From Bermanella sp. WJH001 (GTDB lineage: Bacteria; Pseudomonadota; Gammaproteobacteria; Pseudomonadales; Oceanobacteraceae), in NCBI RefSeq assembly GCF_030070105.2, contig NZ_CP194951.1, forward strand, positions 1,038,453 to 1,070,452: a stretch of DNA of 32,000 bases. Reading direction: 5' to 3'. Under the pieces are notes generated by a model. The model did no database searches, was not told the DNA's origin, and saw only the letters and a list, made by a program, of their open reading frames with translations. Below, piece after piece: positions 1 to 9,738 of the stretch (position 1 is its first letter; each line of letters starts with the position of its first letter). The position numbers were made by a program, and so were the translations under genes.

Positions 1-2136
1 GGACAAATTAATGATGGTGACCTTTTCCTTTACTTCTTCTTTAACAAAGATGCAGCAGGGCAAAGTGACAACAAGGTGTACTTTGAGGTGTTCACTGAAG
101 GCAATCTAAATGAAGCAGGTATGCCGGTTGATCAGGTGATTTTATCGGATGACGGTCAAGAGTTAGTGATCGTTGATGCTGATGCAACCAGCCAACATTA
201 CATTGGTGATTACCAATATTGGTATAACACTGACGGTGGTGTGATTGGCCCGTTACGCGGTGAAGAGTTTACCATTGCGGTTCGCGCGGTATCACAAAGC
301 CCTGTGGGTGACGATTTAACCGGTGCTAGTTTCTTTTCACGAGAAGGCACTGAGTATAACTTCTTCAAAGACCCTAAGATCACCTCATTTATCGTCACGT
401 ATAAAGAAGAGAAGTTCTGTGATCTTGATCCGGTAGATCCAGTAGAACCAGTTGATCCAGTAGAACCCGTTGATCCGGTAGACCCAGTTGATCCAGTAGA
501 TCCAGTTGACCCAGTTGACCCAGTTGACCCAGTTGACCCAGTTGACCCGGTTGATCCAGTTGATCCAGTTGATCCAGTTGATCCAGTAGAAGGTGATGGT
601 ATTTGTTACGGTAAAGGGTATTGGAAAAACCATAACCGTTTTGCATCTAACCCAAGCCAAAATAACCCATGGCCTGCTGATGAAAACACAGCTTTGTGTG
701 GTACCACCTGGTATCAAATGATTGGCGAACCAAGTCAAGGTAATGCATGGAATATTCTGGGCAAGCACTGGGTAACGGCAAAACTGAATGTGGCCAATGG
801 TGGCTTTGTGCCAACTGAAATCGCCAGTGCGTTGTTAATGTCAGAAACTCTGCTGGTTAATTGCAGTATTGATAATGATGATCGCGATTTTGCACTTGCG
901 CTTAAGGACACGCTGGAACATTACAATGAGTCACCAGATTGTTTAGAAAATCCTGTTGAGCCTCAACCGTTAGCCTCAACCGTGCATATTCGTTCAGTTT
1001 ATGACTTTAACGGTGAAGACATGAGTGTGCTGGGCTTGGCGAATATGGCGAACCCTATGTTGCTGCCGATGGATCAGCGCAGTGAACGTTTCATTCGTAT
1101 TTATACGCAAAATCTTGAAGGGGCCACGGTATTAAGCGGTTATGCACCCATTCAACCTGATGGCTCTGTGATGTTTGAAATGCCAGCGCACACACTATTC
1201 ACCTTTGAAGTGGTGAACGCACAAGCCAAAGCGTTAAATCATGACCGCTCACAAATGGCGGGCAGCGACTTCCCTTACACTTATATGCAGCGTTATGCAG
1301 GTTGGTTAGAAGTGACTGGCAGTGAGCAAAAAGAATTTAATGGCTTTGATGTCACCAGTGAAGCCGCTTCTATCAATGCAGGTGCGCAACAAGTGGGTCC
1401 ATACCCAAATGCATCTACGTTGATTCAAGCACAGTCTATCGGTCAAACAATGGCGCAAGCATTGTATGGTGCAGTTGAAAACTTCGGACAGTTGATGCCG
1501 GTGATGCGTTATCACGACTACTGGACACCAAGTCCGATGCAAGGCAATAACACAATTGCTTTAGGATACGCAGAACTGACAACAGCCTCCCCAGTGAATG
1601 CTGCCTGTGAACTGAATAATGCATCTGATTGTGTAGCGACCATTAGTTATGAACAACACATCAAACCATTATGGAATAATGTGATTCGTAACAAAGCAGG
1701 CAACAGCTGTGTGGATTGTCATGATAACCGCGGCTTTACCAGCTTAGATTTAAGTGACTTTACTTCTCCAGTAGAAGGCTTAGCCTCATATGATGCCTTG
1801 TTCAGCAATAACCGCACTTATATGTATCTAGCGTCAACGTTCAGTGAAGTAAATGAAAGTCACTGTCGTCGATATGTGGAAGCACCATTTGTGATGCAAC
1901 CTGAAAATGATTGCTTCAGCTGCTACGGACAAGCATTAATGAATCCTTTAGGAGCCATTAGTAGCGCAAACTTCTTTGATGTATTTGCCGAGGATGCAGA
2001 TCATAATCACTGGATTTTCCGCCCACTGGAAGTGGATCAATCTAAACAGGACATATTCCAACAGCATAAAAACATGCTAACACCGCAAGAGCGTAAGCTA
2101 ATTGCAGAGTGGTTAGATATGGGTGCACCCCAATAA
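1..2136 (+). CDS. Large multidomain surface/secreted protein, 5'-truncated by the window: DPV/EPV linker, GYWKNH-type domain, HzsA-like region with a CVDCH haem-binding motif
   Basis: Frame 1 is open from base 1 ([25 protein letters not shown]...), so the provided start at 76 (GTG) is probably not the real start. Contains [40 protein letters not shown] and a C-terminal [19 protein letters not shown]. Stop at 2136 is followed by a hairpin terminator. Confidence 0.75.
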   Translation, partial: GQINDGDLFLYFFFNKDAAGQSDNKVYFEVFTEGNLNEAGMPVDQVILSDDGQELVIVDADATSQHYIGDYQYWYNTDGGVIGPLRGEEFTIAVRAVSQSPVGDDLTGASFFSREGTEYNFFKDPKITSFIVTYKEEKFCDLDPVDPVEPVDPVEPVDPVDPVDPVDPVDPVDPVDPVDPVDPVDPVDPVDPVDPVEGDGICYGKGYWKNHNRFASNPSQNNPWPADENTALCGTTWYQMIGEPSQGNAWNILGKHWVTAKLNVANGGFVPTEIASALLMSETLLVNCSIDNDDRDFALALKDTLEHYNESPDCLENPVEPQPLASTVHIRSVYDFNGEDMSVLGLANMANPMLLPMDQRSERFIRIYTQNLEGATVLSGYAPIQPDGSVMFEMPAHTLFTFEVVNAQAKALNHDRSQMAGSDFPYTYMQRYAGWLEVTGSEQKEFNGFDVTSEAASINAGAQQVGPYPNASTLIQAQSIGQTMAQALYGAVENFGQLMPVMRYHDYWTPSPMQGNNTIALGYAELTTASPVNAACELNNASDCVATISYEQHIKPLWNNVIRNKAGNSCVDCHDNRGFTSLDLSDFTSPVEGLASYDALFSNNRTYMYLASTFSEVNESHCRRYVEAPFVMQPENDCFSCYGQALMNPLGAISSANFFDVFAEDADHNHWIFRPLEVDQSKQDIFQQHKNMLTPQERKLIAEWLDMGAPQ
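427..588 (+). repeat. 18 tandem copies of a 9-bp unit (GAYCCRGTW, with two GAACC variants) encoding (D/E)PV
   Basis: Direct reading: GAT CCG GTA GAT CCA GTA GAA CCA GTT ... GAT CCA GTA; 162 bp = 18 x 9. Confidence 0.95.
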
Positions 2137-2164
2137 AAAATTAAAATAATAGCGGTCTAAATTT

Positions 2165-2199
2165 AACCCAGTTAATCGAAGATTAACTGGGTTTTTTTT
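2165..2199 (+). terminator. Rho-independent terminator downstream of the DPV-repeat protein gene
   Basis: Perfect 12-bp stem aacccagttaat / attaactgggtt, loop cgaag, followed by a T run. Confidence 0.9.
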
Positions 2200-2215
2200 A
2201 TGAGATAAGCTGTTA

Positions 2216-4285
2216 TTAGCTCATGGATTTTAATTGCGGTTTGTATTGGCAATAAAATTGAAACATTGAACTAAAAGTACTGGGGTAAGCACTTTCAAAC
2301 AATTCCCATTGCTCTAAGTTGTTGAGCGCGTAATCAGCCCCGATAAACTGTTTGAAAGACGCTTTAGTTTGAGAATCCAGATTAGAAAAGCCTAAAAACA
2401 CAAGCTGATTTGAATCACATAGCTGTTTGATCGTGCTAGGTGTAAATCCAATTTCATATTCATGCAGCAGTAAATCCACCACGCCACTCATGCTGTAAAA
2501 ATCATCTGACTCCGTGACAAGGTGTTTGTTTTCAATTTTATCATCCGCAAAAATAGCATGACGTAAAATACGGATGTCTTGTTCATTTTTTTCAATGCCC
2601 CCATGTTTGTAGGCTTTTCTTATTTGGTAGATAGGGGTGCGTGCTCGTTTGCTATACAAGGATAGTTTTAATAAACCATTGGGTTTTAAATTACTTAACA
2701 AACCTTTTAGAGCTATTTGATAATCTTTAATGTGGTGCAAAACACCAGAGCACTCAACAATATCAAACGTTTGATCAAGCTTGGCAAGTTGAGTTAAATC
2801 CGCTAAGTAAAACTCAATGTTATCAATGTTTAGCTCAGCTGATTTTTTATAAGCGTAACTCAAACTGGTTTCACTGATGTCCAATGCGGTGACATGAGTT
2901 TGATAAAAGTATTTCGCAACATTCAGTGCATGGCGACCAGTGCCACACCCTGCCACTAAAATGTTGAGAGGCTGCAATAAAATAGCCTCTGGAATCTTCG
3001 CCCAAGGAAACTCATGTTGTAACGCACGCCCATAATTGGTTGTATGTTTGTTATCTAAAAATTGCCAGCGTGGGTAAGGGAAGCGCTCATACTGAGTTTT
3101 GACTTCATGGGGGTTACCTTGTGAAATAGGCGTGAGTGCGGTGAACTCAAAATGTTGGTCATGCAACAAGCGGTCATGAGCCTGTTTAATATCAAAACTA
3201 ATGGCAGGCCAGCTGTCATTATGAAAATCAAACAAGGCCTTATGGTTGTTAATGGTGTACCAAGACTCATACATGGCAAATAACATGAGAGCGCCGGATA
3301 TGTCCGTTGGCGTGCAGCTGGTTTGGGTTAGTGATTGCTCAATCATGATTTTTAATGTCAACACCATTGAGCGTTCAGCTTCAGTGTATGGCATTAAAAA
3401 TTCGTTATTCAATGCATACTGACACAATGCTTCACACAGTGGTACGTATTGATTAATCAAGCGGCCTTTTTTACTGGCATGACTTAATAACTCTTGGCGT
3501 AACGCAATGATTAACTTCTCAAGTAATTCATTTTTAATAATGGTGTTGCGTAACGTTTTTAATAATAAAACTGAATTAGCCATATCATTAAATGATGCGG
3601 CGCTACCTTGATGATTTAGTTGAAACTTATAAATCAAAACACTGCAACATAAATGAGAGAGCTGGTTTAAGTTTAAGTCGTCCCAACTAAGGTAGCTTAT
3701 TAAGTCCTGTTCTAATTCAACATCGTAATAATCGGCGACTAAACCTTGAGCGCAATGTAATAAACGGCTACGAATTTGAGCATCGCTCCCATTGGTTTTG
3801 GCTAACTGGCGATATAACTGAAACGCTTCAACTTTGCGACCTTGTTCCACCAAGGTATAGGCGAGGCTGACTTCCGCACGAGTTTGATTAGGTGCCAGTG
3901 ATATGGCTTGTTTGAAGGCTTTTTCGGCATCGTTAAAACGACTCATGGCCAATGCCACGTGGCCGGCGCTGTACCAATAGCCAGCATTATGGGGGTGTTC
4001 GATTAATGCTTGCTCTATATGGGCTTGAGCCGTGTTTAGATGTCCAGATTCAAGTTCAATACGTGCCAGTAAGTTGAGACTGTCACCATCTAAGGGGGCA
4101 ATTTCTAGGGCCTGCAAGATGAAACCTTTTGCTCCCTTCAGGGCATCTTGGCGCACCGAATGGTTCAAGTTATTTGGGGTATCATCAAATAGCACAAATG
4201 CTTGTTTTTTTAGTTCGTTGATCAGGCCTATTTTTTTTCGGCTGAGCTTGTCTTGCTTGGGATTTGCGCTGTTGCTAAATGCCAT
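2216..4285 (-). CDS. TPR-repeat protein with C-terminal class I SAM-dependent methyltransferase domain
   Basis: 689 aa. TPR-like repeats in the N-terminal part (LDSLNLLARIELESGHLNTAQAHIEQALIEHPHNAGYWYSAGHVALAMSRFNDAEKAFKQAI). Methyltransferase motif I NILVAGCGTGRHALNVAKYF and acidic post-II ALDISETSL; FDIVECSGVLHHIKD. Confidence 0.85.
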   Translation of the reverse strand: MAFSNSANPKQDKLSRKKIGLINELKKQAFVLFDDTPNNLNHSVRQDALKGAKGFILQALEIAPLDGDSLNLLARIELESGHLNTAQAHIEQALIEHPHNAGYWYSAGHVALAMSRFNDAEKAFKQAISLAPNQTRAEVSLAYTLVEQGRKVEAFQLYRQLAKTNGSDAQIRSRLLHCAQGLVADYYDVELEQDLISYLSWDDLNLNQLSHLCCSVLIYKFQLNHQGSAASFNDMANSVLLLKTLRNTIIKNELLEKLIIALRQELLSHASKKGRLINQYVPLCEALCQYALNNEFLMPYTEAERSMVLTLKIMIEQSLTQTSCTPTDISGALMLFAMYESWYTINNHKALFDFHNDSWPAISFDIKQAHDRLLHDQHFEFTALTPISQGNPHEVKTQYERFPYPRWQFLDNKHTTNYGRALQHEFPWAKIPEAILLQPLNILVAGCGTGRHALNVAKYFYQTHVTALDISETSLSYAYKKSAELNIDNIEFYLADLTQLAKLDQTFDIVECSGVLHHIKDYQIALKGLLSNLKPNGLLKLSLYSKRARTPIYQIRKAYKHGGIEKNEQDIRILRHAIFADDKIENKHLVTESDDFYSMSGVVDLLLHEYEIGFTPSTIKQLCDSNQLVFLGFSNLDSQTKASFKQFIGADYALNNLEQWELFESAYPSTFSSMFQFYCQYKPQLKSMS

Positions 4286-4416
4286 GGGTAAATCCTTTCG
4301 CTACGATAAAAGCGATTAGTATGATATTTCCTTATAAGCACAGCCTATGCCATTAAAAATTATTCATATTTATCAATAATTTAGAGTGTTTTTAGGCAAA
4401 TATTTTCAATAGGAAA

Positions 4417-4432
4417 TGGGCACAGGGTTGCC
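4417..4432 (+). promoter_or_regulatory. Possible sigma-54 (-24/-12) promoter upstream of fliS
   Basis: TGGGCACAGGGTTGCC: GG and GC with the correct 10-nt spacing, but -23 deviates from consensus. Confidence 0.4.
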
Positions 4433-4552
4433 GCTTTTGGTGGGTTTTAGTACCGCTATGGCGTAGGCTGACTGAGATGAAAGCATCTATTTCAATTAAA
4501 TGTTAAAGATATCCAGTTTGGGGCCGTTTACCTTTATGTAGTAATTGAGGGT

Positions 4553-5002
4553 ATGAGTATGTATACAAAAGGCGCAAAGGAATACAGTCAAGTTAGCTTG
4601 CAAACGGAAGTCATGGAAGCGGATCCCCATAAGCTAATTCAACTATTACTTGAGGGGGCATTAACTCGCCTTTCTATGGCAAAAAATTTCATAGAGAAAA
4701 AAGAGTATGCTGCAAAGAATGAAAAAATTGGGCGTGCAATTGATATTATTTGCGCGCTACAAGAATCGTTAGATCACGAACGCGGCGGTGAGATCAGTGT
4801 TAATTTAGAACGTTTGTATGACTACATGACTCGGCGTTTATTTGAAGCCAACTCTAAGAATGATCTCGTTATTATTAATGAAGTAATGGGACTATTGTCT
4901 GAAGTGAAATCAGGCTGGGAAGGCATTCGTGCAAGCTATGAAGAGATTAAAGGGCAAGGTAAATTACAGCCAGCTCCTGAGCAAAATCACTTGTCGGTCT
5001 AG
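4553..5002 (+). CDS. fliS: Flagellar export chaperone FliS
   Basis: 149 aa; Y-x-Q-V-S-L-x-T near the N-terminus (AKEYSQVSLQTEVMEADPHKLIQLLLEGAL) and LYDYMTRRLFEAN, typical of FliS. Confidence 0.95.
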   Translation: MSMYTKGAKEYSQVSLQTEVMEADPHKLIQLLLEGALTRLSMAKNFIEKKEYAAKNEKIGRAIDIICALQESLDHERGGEISVNLERLYDYMTRRLFEANSKNDLVIINEVMGLLSEVKSGWEGIRASYEEIKGQGKLQPAPEQNHLSV

Positions 5003-5025
5003 CTCAAAAACGCCAACTTTACGAT

Positions 5026-5047
5026 AAAGGCCGTCAAGGCCTTTTTT
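5026..5047 (+). terminator. Rho-independent terminator after fliS
   Basis: aaaggcc-gtcaa-ggccttt followed by T run. Confidence 0.8.
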
Positions 5048-5350
5048 GTTATAAGGCCCATGGAACGTGGGTTATATGAATTTAATAGTTACAAAACAAT
5101 TAACTAGCGACAAAATTTTTTTGTAACTAAATAAAAAAATGGTTTACAGGCATCATTTTTTTTGACACTAATAAGCTTAAGCAAGATCAATGGCAGAAAA
5201 GTATTAATCTTGTTGATAAATAATAACAATAAAAAAGTCGTCATTTATTTGACCGTAACGTCCTCATCAACTTAACTAGAAGAAACTAGTCAAATTAACG
5301 ACGAGTTTACGATCAATTGAAGACAATAAAAATCGGGGAAAAGGTGCACC

Positions 5351-6823
5351 ATGTGGCGAGAAATTAAAGTCCTGTTGGTGGATGACAACGAGCAACGTCA
5401 ACATGACATGCAAGTATTGCTTGATTTTTTAGGTGAAGAATCGCTTAACAGCAATACTTCAAATTGGCGTGATATGGCAAATGATAGCGGCGACGCGGCT
5501 AACATTATTGCTTTTATTATTGGTAGCTCAGAAAAAACGTCACTTGATACACTTCTTAAAGAAATAAATGAATGGGATAAAGGCATGCCCATGATTTATG
5601 TGGGTGATGAAGAACTACCAACCGACCTTCCCGATGATGTACGCCGATCTATTATTGCTCAAGTGAGCATGCCTCCAACCTACAATAAATTACTTGATAG
5701 CTTGCATCGTGCCCAAGTATACCGTGAACACTTTGCCCATAATCGTGTTCGAGGTGAACGTCGCCCAGTGCAGTTGTTTCGCTCTTTGGTGGGAACCAGT
5801 CGCCAGATCCAATATGTACGTGAACTGATGCATCAGGTAGCAGACAAGAGTGTAACGGTTTTAATTACAGGTGAAAGTGGTACAGGTAAAGAAGTGGTTG
5901 CTCGCAACTTACATTACCACAGCACTCGTCGTGATGGCCCATTTGTACCGGTTAACTGCGGTGCCATCCCTAACGAATTAATTGAAAGTGAATTATTTGG
6001 CCATGAAAAAGGCGCATTTACAGGTGCCATTACATCTCGTTGTGGTCGCTTTGAAATGGCAGAAGGTGGCACTCTATTTTTAGATGAGATAGGTGACTTG
6101 CCACTTAATATGCAAGTGAAGTTATTGCGAGTATTGCAAGAGCGTACCTATGAACGTGTTGGTGGTACAAAAACACTGCAAACGGATGTGCGCATTATTG
6201 CAGCGACTCATAAAAACCTTGAAGCAATGGTGGCAGAAGAAACCTTCCGTGAAGATTTATACTACCGTTTAAACGTATTCCCAGTTGAAGTACCTGCATT
6301 GCGTGATCGTCGTGAAGACATTCCTTTATTACTAAATGAATTGATCTCACGGATGGAGAACGAAAAACGCGGATCGATTCGCTTTAATAGTGCTGCGATT
6401 ATGTCCCTGTGCCGTCACGACTGGCATGGTAATGTTAGGGAGCTTGCAAATTTAGTAGAGCGTTTAGCCATCTTGCATCCTTATGGGGTAATTGGTGTGC
6501 CTGAGTTACCTAAAAAATTCCGTCATGTGGATGAAGGCGATGAAGATGAAACCCGTATGCAAGAGCCTGTCATGCTACCAAGTGAACCGGGTTTAGTGGG
6601 CTTAGATACCCCCGCTTTATTACCGGTAAATGGTATCGACTTAAAAGATTATTTGACCAATCTAGAGCGTTCGTTGATTCAACAGGCGTTAGATGATGCT
6701 TGTGGAGTGGTGGCTCGAGCAGCAGAGAAATTAAAAATTCGCCGTACAACCCTCGTTGAAAAAATGAGAAAGTATGGTTTACAACGCAAAGAAAAAGAAC
6801 ATGCAGAGGAATTCGACGATTAA
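5351..6823 (+). CDS. fleQ: Sigma-54-dependent flagellar master regulator FleQ/FlrA
   Basis: 490 aa; degenerate N-terminal receiver, AAA+ with GESGTGKE and GAFTGA, Fis-type C-terminal HTH, and LFRS motif in the linker before the AAA+ domain; positioned before fleS-fleR. Confidence 0.93.
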   Translation: MWREIKVLLVDDNEQRQHDMQVLLDFLGEESLNSNTSNWRDMANDSGDAANIIAFIIGSSEKTSLDTLLKEINEWDKGMPMIYVGDEELPTDLPDDVRRSIIAQVSMPPTYNKLLDSLHRAQVYREHFAHNRVRGERRPVQLFRSLVGTSRQIQYVRELMHQVADKSVTVLITGESGTGKEVVARNLHYHSTRRDGPFVPVNCGAIPNELIESELFGHEKGAFTGAITSRCGRFEMAEGGTLFLDEIGDLPLNMQVKLLRVLQERTYERVGGTKTLQTDVRIIAATHKNLEAMVAEETFREDLYYRLNVFPVEVPALRDRREDIPLLLNELISRMENEKRGSIRFNSAAIMSLCRHDWHGNVRELANLVERLAILHPYGVIGVPELPKKFRHVDEGDEDETRMQEPVMLPSEPGLVGLDTPALLPVNGIDLKDYLTNLERSLIQQALDDACGVVARAAEKLKIRRTTLVEKMRKYGLQRKEKEHAEEFDD

Positions 6824-6845
6824 GCTCATTCATTGATTCTTGACT

Positions 6846-6868
6846 AAAAGCCCGAAAGGGCTTTTTTT
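6846..6868 (+). terminator. Rho-independent terminator after fleQ
   Basis: aaaagccc-gaaa-gggctttt plus T tract. Confidence 0.9.
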
Positions 6869-6975
6869 ATGCATGGGATTTACTGAACCATGATTGGTTG
6901 AGCTGAAATAAATTTTAATTCTGTCAATTTATATTTAATAACCTTTATATATAGCGTCATTATAAAAATGTGATG

Positions 6976-6991
6976 CGGCACGCAAATTGCC
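6976..6991 (+). promoter_or_regulatory. Putative sigma-54 promoter for fleSR
   Basis: CGGCACGCAAATTGCC, near-consensus to TGGCACG-N4-TTGCW, upstream of the fleS ATG and downstream of the fleQ terminator. Confidence 0.8.
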
Positions 6992-7058
6992 ATTACACCT
7001 ATAGAAAACTTATTTAGCCATTTATTTGGCTTCATTATTGCGTTTAGGTGTGGAGTAT

Positions 7059-8273
7059 ATGGCGTCTTATATTGAAAGTATTCAAGAAAACCAGCCAAAA
7101 GAAGGGCTGCGTCAAGCATTTGAGCTCTTTAATCAAATGTCCGAACAACTTACTGACAGTTACAGTAAATTAGAAAGTCAGGTGCAATTATTATCTGGGG
7201 AGCTGGCTGAAGTCAGTGCCGCTCGGATGAAAGAGTTAAAAGAAAAAGAACGTTTAGCTGATCGTTTGCATAGCTTGTTGCAACTATTGCCTGGTGGCGT
7301 AGTGGTGTTAGACGGAAATGGCCGTGTGCAAGAAAGTAATCGAGCAGCCCACGCCATGTTGCATCATGAAGGTTTGCAAGGGCAATTGTGGCGTGATGTG
7401 ATTAGCCAATATTTTCGCCCTCGTGAAGATGATGGCCATGAAGTATCACTTATAAATGGTCGCCGCCTGAGTATTCAAACATCGAGCTTAGAAAACGAGC
7501 CAGGGCAAATAGTGTTAATGACAGATCAAACAGAAACACGGGATCTGCAAGCAAAACTAGCCCGGCATCAGCGTTTAATGGCCATGGGAAAAATGGTTGC
7601 AAGTCTTGCGCATCAAGTACGAACCCCTCTTTCAGGCGCCATGTTATACAGCCAGCATCTAGCCAGTAGCGATTTAGATGCAGATACTCGAATTAAATTT
7701 TCAAAAAAACTGGGCCGTCAATTAAAAAATATTGAAGCGCAAGTGCGCGACATGCTGATTTTTGCAAGAGGCAGTGCACCTTTAAATAAACTGCTCAAGC
7801 AAGATGATTTAATAAAATTAATCTGCGAAGCTAAAAATATATTGCATAAGCAGTTTCAAGCACAAATTGAAATAAGCAGCGAATATTCAGATTGCAAAAT
7901 ACAGTGTCACCAAGAAAGCCTCATTGGTGCGATTCAAAATTTGATTTCAAATGGCATTGAAGCCGCAGAAGAATGCACCTCTCAAGCAAAAATTCGAGTA
8001 CACATCACTCAGCAAAAAAACTTTCTTACAATATCAGTTTGCGATAACGGCCCAGGCTTAAAAGCCAGTGAGTCGGATAAAATGACCGAACCGTTTTATA
8101 CCACAAAAAGTAATGGCACCGGACTGGGTTTACCAGTGGTGAATGCTGTTGTGCGTGCGCATTATGGCAAATTAACCTTTTTTAATCATGAACAGGGCGG
8201 TGCATGTTTTGTTATGTCTTTGCCTATCAGCCATCAAGCAGTTAATAAGGAGATGAGCCGTGAATCCATTTAA
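7059..8273 (+). CDS. fleS: Flagellar sensor histidine kinase FleS/FlrB
   Basis: PAS-like region (LLQLLPGGVVVLDGNGRVQESNRAAHAML), HisKA H-box SLAHQVRTPLSGAMLY, HATPase N and G boxes. The provided ORF starts at a TTG (7026); the ATG at 7059 is preceded by a purine-rich site and is more likely. Confidence 0.9.
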   Translation: MASYIESIQENQPKEGLRQAFELFNQMSEQLTDSYSKLESQVQLLSGELAEVSAARMKELKEKERLADRLHSLLQLLPGGVVVLDGNGRVQESNRAAHAMLHHEGLQGQLWRDVISQYFRPREDDGHEVSLINGRRLSIQTSSLENEPGQIVLMTDQTETRDLQAKLARHQRLMAMGKMVASLAHQVRTPLSGAMLYSQHLASSDLDADTRIKFSKKLGRQLKNIEAQVRDMLIFARGSAPLNKLLKQDDLIKLICEAKNILHKQFQAQIEISSEYSDCKIQCHQESLIGAIQNLISNGIEAAEECTSQAKIRVHITQQKNFLTISVCDNGPGLKASESDKMTEPFYTTKSNGTGLGLPVVNAVVRAHYGKLTFFNHEQGGACFVMSLPISHQAVNKEMSRESI

Positions 8274-9666
8274 AATGTTAATCGTTGAGGACGATAGCCA
8301 GTTGCGTGACGCTATTGTTGATACTCTGCAATTACAAAAAATTAAAACCTTTGAAGCCAGTAGTGCTGAAGAGGCCATGCTGTTTTTACAAAAGCAATCG
8401 GTTGATATGATTTTATCCGATATTAGCATGGGGGCATTATCAGGTTTTGATTTACTTAATCATGTTAAAAGCCAATATCCATCCATTCCCATGGTTTTAA
8501 TGACAGCGTTTGGCGAAGTAGAAAAAGCGGTGCAAGCCATTCAACAGGGGGCAATGGATTATTTAGTGAAACCCTTTGAAGTGAGCGTATTGGTTGAAAC
8601 CGTCAATCAGTTTCGTCATCAAACCAGTGACGAGGCAAAAAGTAATGAACCTGTGGCGCAAGATCCTTCAAGTCGTGCATTACTTAAATTGGCGAAGCAA
8701 GTGGCCGATAGTGAAGCCACAGTGTTAATTAGTGGCGAAAGTGGCACAGGCAAAGAAGTGTTAGCACGTTATATTCATCAAAACAGCCCACGTAAGAGTG
8801 GACCTTTTATAGCGATTAATTGTGCTGCGATTCCCGAAAATATGCTTGAGTCCACTTTATTTGGTTATGAAAAAGGCGCGTTTACAGGGGCCTATAACAG
8901 TATGCCAGGTAAATTTGAGCAGGCCCAAGGAGGCACTTTACTGTTAGATGAAATCAGTGAAATGGAAATTGGCTTGCAAGCAAAATTATTACGGGTGCTA
9001 CAAGAGCGCGAAGTTGAACGTTTAGGTGGTCGTAAAACCATTTCATTAGATGTGCGTATATTGGCCACAACTAACCGTAATTTAATGGAATATGTAAATG
9101 AGAAAAAATTCCGCGAAGATTTATATTACCGTTTAAGCGTGTTTCCTTTGCAATGGAAATCCCTGCGTCAACGCTCGCAAGATTTATTACCCATTGCTGA
9201 GCGACTTTTGCATAAACATTGTAAAAAGCAAAATAAGCCCACACTCATATTTGATGAAAGTGCACAACAAAAATTACAACAACATAGCTGGCCCGGTAAT
9301 GTCCGTGAATTAGATAATGTGATTCAACGTGCACTTATTATTCAAACCGGTCATAGCATTACCGCAAGTGATATTGTTTTAAATGTTGATGCTCAGGCAT
9401 CACCTCAGGTGACGCAAAATAACCCATTTGAAGGCTTAGATATGCCCATTTCTCAGGAATCAGTGGCATCAGTTACAAGTCCTGCCGATGGTTTGGGTGA
9501 TAATTTAAAACAGCGTGAATACACGTTGATTTTAGATGCGCTCAAACATGAGAAAAATAAAAAACGTGCCGCAGAAAAACTGGGCATTAGCCCAAGAACA
9601 TTACGTTATAAAATGGCTCAAATGCGTGAGCAAGGTATCGATATTCAATCCAATTTAATGTTCTAA
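8260..9666 (+). CDS. fleR: Sigma-54-dependent response regulator FleR/FlrC
   Basis: 468 aa; receiver (EDDSQLRDAIVD ... DMILSDISM ... VKPFE), AAA+ [19 protein letters not shown], Fis HTH. Starts at GTG overlapping the end of fleS. Confidence 0.93.
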   Translation: MNPFKMLIVEDDSQLRDAIVDTLQLQKIKTFEASSAEEAMLFLQKQSVDMILSDISMGALSGFDLLNHVKSQYPSIPMVLMTAFGEVEKAVQAIQQGAMDYLVKPFEVSVLVETVNQFRHQTSDEAKSNEPVAQDPSSRALLKLAKQVADSEATVLISGESGTGKEVLARYIHQNSPRKSGPFIAINCAAIPENMLESTLFGYEKGAFTGAYNSMPGKFEQAQGGTLLLDEISEMEIGLQAKLLRVLQEREVERLGGRKTISLDVRILATTNRNLMEYVNEKKFREDLYYRLSVFPLQWKSLRQRSQDLLPIAERLLHKHCKKQNKPTLIFDESAQQKLQQHSWPGNVRELDNVIQRALIIQTGHSITASDIVLNVDAQASPQVTQNNPFEGLDMPISQESVASVTSPADGLGDNLKQREYTLILDALKHEKNKKRAAEKLGISPRTLRYKMAQMREQGIDIQSNLMF

Positions 9667-9689
9667 CAAAGTAGTAAACAAATTTTAAA

Positions 9690-9706
9690 TTGGCCTGTGT
9701 TATGCA
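9690..9706 (+). promoter_or_regulatory. Putative sigma-54 promoter for the fliE operon
   Basis: TTGGCCTGTGTTATGCA: GG and GC with 10-nt spacing. Confidence 0.75.
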
Positions 9707-9738
9707 ATTAACACTTACGAATGGAAAAAATGTCAGGA

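Noticed and set aside
427-588. Short tandem repeats as a CRISPR-like array
   Set aside because: Units are contiguous 9-mers without spacers, in frame within a long ORF; a coding minisatellite explains them.
385-768. Minus-strand ORFs with NWVNWV / LDQLDQ repeats (385..768, 395..646)
   Set aside because: Shadow frames produced by the complement of the DPV 9-bp repeat; the + strand ORF is far longer and has domain support.
5026-5350. Small RNA gene in the fliS-fleQ gap
   Set aside because: Only a terminator directly attached to fliS and AT-rich sequence; no independent promoter + terminator pair that would support an sRNA call.
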